From an uncultured Desulfarculus sp. (GTDB lineage: Bacteria > Desulfobacterota > Desulfarculia > Desulfarculales > Desulfarculaceae), in assembly GCA_963665125.2 (NCBI GenBank), contig CAXXUK010000002.1:192001-256000 (forward strand): DNA of 64,000 nucleotides, given 5' to 3'. Numbering within the stretch: position 1 is the first letter of the stretch; every line of letters begins with the position of its first letter. Both the position numbers and the translations under genes were made by a program. The notes under the pieces are model-generated. The model made no database searches. It saw nothing but the letters and a program-made list of their open reading frames with translations, and was not told where the DNA came from. Positions 60,364-64,000 of the stretch are shown in pieces.

Positions 60364-61226
60364 GCTTTGATCGGAGGAAAGCGATGGTGAAGGCAAGCAG
60401 GCCCAAGGGATTGAGCATTGTCCGCCAATGTGAGCTCCTGGGAATCAGCCGCTCATCGTTTTATTACGAAGCCACGGGCGAAAACCCGCTGAATATTGAG
60501 CTGATGCGCAAGATGGATGAGCAGTTTCTGGAAACGCCCTGGTACGGCTCTCGTCAGATGGTCCGCTGGCTCCGGCGTGAGGGGCATCGCGTGGGCAGGA
60601 AGCGGGTGGTGCGGCTGATGCGCAAGATGGGGCTTAGCCCCGTCTACCAGAAGCCCGGGACATCCAAGCCCCAGCCGGGGCACAAGGTTTACCCCTATTT
60701 ACTGCGCGGGGTGGAGATAAGCGAACCCGGCCACATCTGGTGCGCCGATATCACTTATATCCCGATGAGGCGTGGTTTTCTCTACCTGGTGGCGATCATG
60801 GACTGGGCCAGCCGCAAGGTGCTGAGCTGGCGACTGTCCAACACCTTGGATGCTGATTTTTGCGTGGCCGCCTTGAGTGATGCCCTGCGAAGGTTTCCCA
60901 ACCCCCTGATTTTCAATACCGATCAGGGGAGCCAATTCACAAGCTTTGGTTTTACCCAGGTGCTCAAGGATGCTGAGATCAAAATTTCCATGGATGGCAA
61001 AGGCCGCTGGATGGACAATGTCATGATCGAACGCCTGTGGCGCTCTCTCAAATATGAATGTGTCTATCTGCATGCCTTTGAGACGGGAAGCGAGGCCAGG
61101 AAGGGAATCGGCTCCTGGATCGATTACTATAACCAACGGCGACCCCACTCCAGCCTGGATGGCAAAACGCCGGACGAGGCATACTGGGGCCGACCCACGA
61201 CGGGATTGACCGAAGCGGCGGCATGA
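60360..61226 (+). CDS. IS3 transposase OrfB (DDE), -1 frame to OrfA
   Basis: WCADITY, NTDQGSQF, IERLWRSLKYE; T-TTT-TTG candidate slippery site near 60336-60342. Confidence 0.9.
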   Translation: MSFDRRKAMVKASRPKGLSIVRQCELLGISRSSFYYEATGENPLNIELMRKMDEQFLETPWYGSRQMVRWLRREGHRVGRKRVVRLMRKMGLSPVYQKPGTSKPQPGHKVYPYLLRGVEISEPGHIWCADITYIPMRRGFLYLVAIMDWASRKVLSWRLSNTLDADFCVAALSDALRRFPNPLIFNTDQGSQFTSFGFTQVLKDAEIKISMDGKGRWMDNVMIERLWRSLKYECVYLHAFETGSEARKGIGSWIDYYNQRRPHSSLDGKTPDEAYWGRPTTGLTEAAA

Positions 61227-61291
61227 CAACAACAAATACCATCCACCTTAACTACGCCGCCAAACTGTCTAACGATTGGGGGCCACCTCTC

Positions 61292-61960
61292 TTTTGCGCC
61301 GTGAGGGCTGGCCAGTGAATCATAAACGGGTCTACCGTATCTATTGCGAGGAAGGTCTGAATCTCAGAAGCAAGCGGCCGAAACGCCGCCGGTCTGCGGC
61401 TCATCGTTCAAAGCAGCCGCAAGCTACAAGAATCGACCATATTTGGTCCATGGATTTTGTGGCGGACAATCTGTTTAACGGGCGCCGGATTCGTGCCTTA
61501 ACTGTAGTGGATAATTTTAGCCGGCAAAGCCCGGCAATCCATGTGGATCATTCCATAAAGGCCGAGCAGGTGGTGTCCACCATGGAAGCCTTGCGGCTGT
61601 TTGCCGGGCGCATGCCCGAACGCATTCAGGTGGACAACGGGTCAGAATTCATCTCCAAGGCTTTGGACAAGTGGGCCTATGAAAACGGTGTCACCTTGGA
61701 TTTCTCCAGGCCGGGAAAGCCCACGGATAACGCATTCATAGAGTCCTTCAACGGAAGCTTCCGGGATGAATGTCTTAACGTGCATTGGTTTTTATCGCTT
61801 GACGATGCCCGTAAGAAGATCGAACAATGGCGCTTGGATTATAATCATTTCAGGCCTCATTCCTCCCTGGGGAACAAGCCCCCGGATCAGTTTATGGAGG
61901 AGGCCTCAGAAAGCCGGATTTCTCTACATTTGCCCGGTGCCGTTTTCCGGGGGGAGGTCA
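61292..61960 (+). mobile_element. 5'-truncated second IS3-family element (IS407-like)
   Basis: LRREGWPVNHKRVYR, WSMDFVAD, VDNGSEF, ESFNGSFRDECL; right end ...GGGGGAGGTCA. Confidence 0.85.
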
Positions 61961-62011
61961 ATACTGCCAGATACCACATACCTCATATGATCCGATTTGC
62001 GGTCCTGTCCT

Positions 62012-62956
62012 TCAGGAAGAAACGATTGTTATTCCATTTTTATTGAATAGCGACTGAATTGCTTCATAGTTTTTCTGGCTGTAAAAGTCTCTAAGTTTAG
62101 ATGAAGTGCCTGGCTTGGCAGGGATGCCGAGTTGGTCACATTTATCGATCCAGATTGGATTGTTTCCCAGCAGGGAAGCTTTTTGAACCTCGTGTTTGGT
62201 GTAAAGACCGAGGAGTTCCGCAATTTGGGCATCGCTGTCCGTAACCCCCGGTATCAATGGTGTTCGTGGCAGAAAAGCAACTTTTCCGGAGGCTGCTCGC
62301 CGACAGAGCCATGCAAAATTTTCCAGTATCAAATCGTTGGGAATCCCACAGTGGTCTTGATGTTTTTTTCTATCCACAATTTTGATGTCCATGTAGATGG
62401 TATCGATCCATGGAAAGATCAAATGCTCAAAGTTGTCCCTGTCAAACTGGCCGCTGGTTTCCAGCAAAGTATGTAGCCCCTCTTCCTTGAATCGCCTCAG
62501 GAGCGCGGCGGCAAATTCCATGAACATAGTCGGCTCTCCGCCGGAAAGGGTGACGCCGCCTCCCGAGGTGTCAAAAAATGATTTGTAGCGCAACACCTCC
62601 GCCACGATTTCACTTACGGTCATTGCCTTTCCCACCTGTCTCAAGGCATCGGTAGGACAGGCATCCACGCAGGCGAAGCAAAGGGAACAGACCGTCCGGT
62701 CGATAAAAAACGGATTTTCCCCGGATATGGCTTGTTTCGGGCAGGTTTCCACACAGGTGCCGCATCCAATGCATTTCTCCCTATCCCAGGACAATTCTGC
62801 TGCGGTCCTTTGACTCTCTGGGTTCTGACACCAGCTACAGCGCAGAGGGCAGCCCTTGATAAAAACAACGGACCGAATCCCGGGCCCGTCGTCCAGGCTG
62901 TGCCCTTTGATATCGATGATGAGCGGAAGTTTCACCGGTCTATAGTCCAAACTCAC
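62012..62956 (-). CDS. Glycyl-radical enzyme activase (radical SAM with 2x[4Fe-4S] insert)
   Basis: DGPGIR, GCPLRCSWCQNPE, two ferredoxin motifs, SGGEP. Confidence 0.95.
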   Translation of the reverse strand: MSLDYRPVKLPLIIDIKGHSLDDGPGIRSVVFIKGCPLRCSWCQNPESQRTAAELSWDREKCIGCGTCVETCPKQAISGENPFFIDRTVCSLCFACVDACPTDALRQVGKAMTVSEIVAEVLRYKSFFDTSGGGVTLSGGEPTMFMEFAAALLRRFKEEGLHTLLETSGQFDRDNFEHLIFPWIDTIYMDIKIVDRKKHQDHCGIPNDLILENFAWLCRRAASGKVAFLPRTPLIPGVTDSDAQIAELLGLYTKHEVQKASLLGNNPIWIDKCDQLGIPAKPGTSSKLRDFYSQKNYEAIQSLFNKNGITIVSS

Positions 62957-64000
62957 TACGACGGATCAACTCCAACTGAAGATCGCGCTGCAACTGGACA
63001 AAGTAGCCGCAGTAACCCGAAATTCTGACAAGGAGATCCGCGTAGTACTCCGGATTGGCCATGGCGTCCTTCAGGGTGTCCGTATCGACCACATTATACT
63101 GGATCTGCATACCCCCTTTTTCGAAGTACGTCTGGACGTAATCTGTCATCCGGTCGATAGTCTGCTCATATGTGTCTTTCGCCGAGGGGACGACCCGCAC
63201 GTTAAAAGCGATATTATTGTCCAGCGTTGTGGGATCCAATTGGGCCACATCCAGCAGATTATCCAGAATATTGTTCGATGCACTCGAATGAGGTGTTAAA
63301 CCCGGCGTAAAAGGTTCTCCCTTTAGCCTGCCGGAAGGTGAGGCACTGGAAACCCTGCCGTAAACCGAATGATTGTTCATTGTCCACCATCCTGTTGCAT
63401 AATGGCCACCTCGGTAGTTCCTGTGATTCCTGTAATAATCGTTGTATAATTTTGTGACCCGATTTGCCATGGCCACCGCCTCAGAATCTCCGGAACCGAA
63501 GCGAGGAACCTTGTTTTTCACCAATGCATGAATCTTTTCAAATCCTTCATAATTGCTATCGATTGCCTGTTTCAACTCCGAGAACGCCACGATCTTTTTA
63601 TCAAACACCAAAGTCTTGATGGCCATCATAGAATCTACTACGTCTGCCAGCCCTATAAGTGCAACACCGGTCGAATTGTACTTCGCACCGCCTCGGGTCA
63701 TACCCCTGCCGGTTTTAATACAACCCTCGATCGAAGCCGACAACAAAGGCGCCGGCATGTGTTTCTGGTGGATGATCCCCAACTCGTTATTGCCAACAAC
63801 GGATTGCTCGATGATGAACCGGCTCTGTTCATCAAAGGCAGCCCAGAAAGCCTCGAAGGATTGAAAACCGCCTCTGTCGATCCGCCCCGTTTCTGGGCCA
63901 AGGTGCCAGTTCACCAACGGATGAAAGCCGTTATTCATAGCCATCTCAAACGGCACCATCAGGTTGACCTCCAGTGAGGACGTTGCACTGCAGTGCTTTC
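62940..64000 (-). CDS. Glycyl-radical enzyme (PFL-like), C-terminal part only
   Basis: GGAKYN, PRFG.GD, QYNVV, LLVRISGY glycyl loop; activase downstream. Confidence 0.93.
   Translation of the reverse strand, partial: KHCSATSSLEVNLMVPFEMAMNNGFHPLVNWHLGPETGRIDRGGFQSFEAFWAAFDEQSRFIIEQSVVGNNELGIIHQKHMPAPLLSASIEGCIKTGRGMTRGGAKYNSTGVALIGLADVVDSMMAIKTLVFDKKIVAFSELKQAIDSNYEGFEKIHALVKNKVPRFGSGDSEAVAMANRVTKLYNDYYRNHRNYRGGHYATGWWTMNNHSVYGRVSSASPSGRLKGEPFTPGLTPHSSASNNILDNLLDVAQLDPTTLDNNIAFNVRVVPSAKDTYEQTIDRMTDYVQTYFEKGGMQIQYNVVDTDTLKDAMANPEYYADLLVRISGYCGYFVQLQRDLQLELIRRSEFGL

Larger units (their letters stand above)
60006..61290 (+). mobile_element. IS3-family insertion sequence, apparently complete
   Basis: Imperfect terminal IRs AGAGGTGGACCCC / GGGGCCACCTCT enclosing orfA and orfB. 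Confidence 0.9.

Noticed and set aside
61276..62046. Intact 256-aa transposase gene
   Set aside because: The start lies in the first IS's IR and the tail runs past the second IS end; it is a truncated orfB.

Overview
GC-rich bacterial chromosome segment whose gene content (sigma54 activators, AOR, DGC/CGGC/DUF3786 proteins, glycyl-radical enzyme) suggests an anaerobic deltaproteobacterium (inference). From left to right it holds: a CoA-transferase-GNAT fusion, a CDF transporter, glgB, a structured 101-bp tandem repeat and tRNA-thiolation-like genes; a sigma54-controlled exported amidinotransferase with a Cys-rich secreted protein gene missed by the ORF track; TetR plus a 4-hydroxybutyryl-CoA-dehydratase-like gene and an SCP2-ADH-AOR operon; a TonB/ABC uptake operon ending in an NTPase and a divergent CcsA/ResB pair; MATE and signalling genes, a biotin ECF transporter and an extended arsenic/thiol-redox island; a Tat-signal IorA-derived ThDP enzyme, a TetR/FeS/OYE unit, two abutting IS3 elements and a glycyl-radical enzyme with its activase. 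No rRNA, tRNA or CRISPR array was seen. The best candidates for undescribed systems are 9251-12944, 20529-27807, 54490-55800 and 4608-4839. All family calls come from motif recognition by eye, not database searches.
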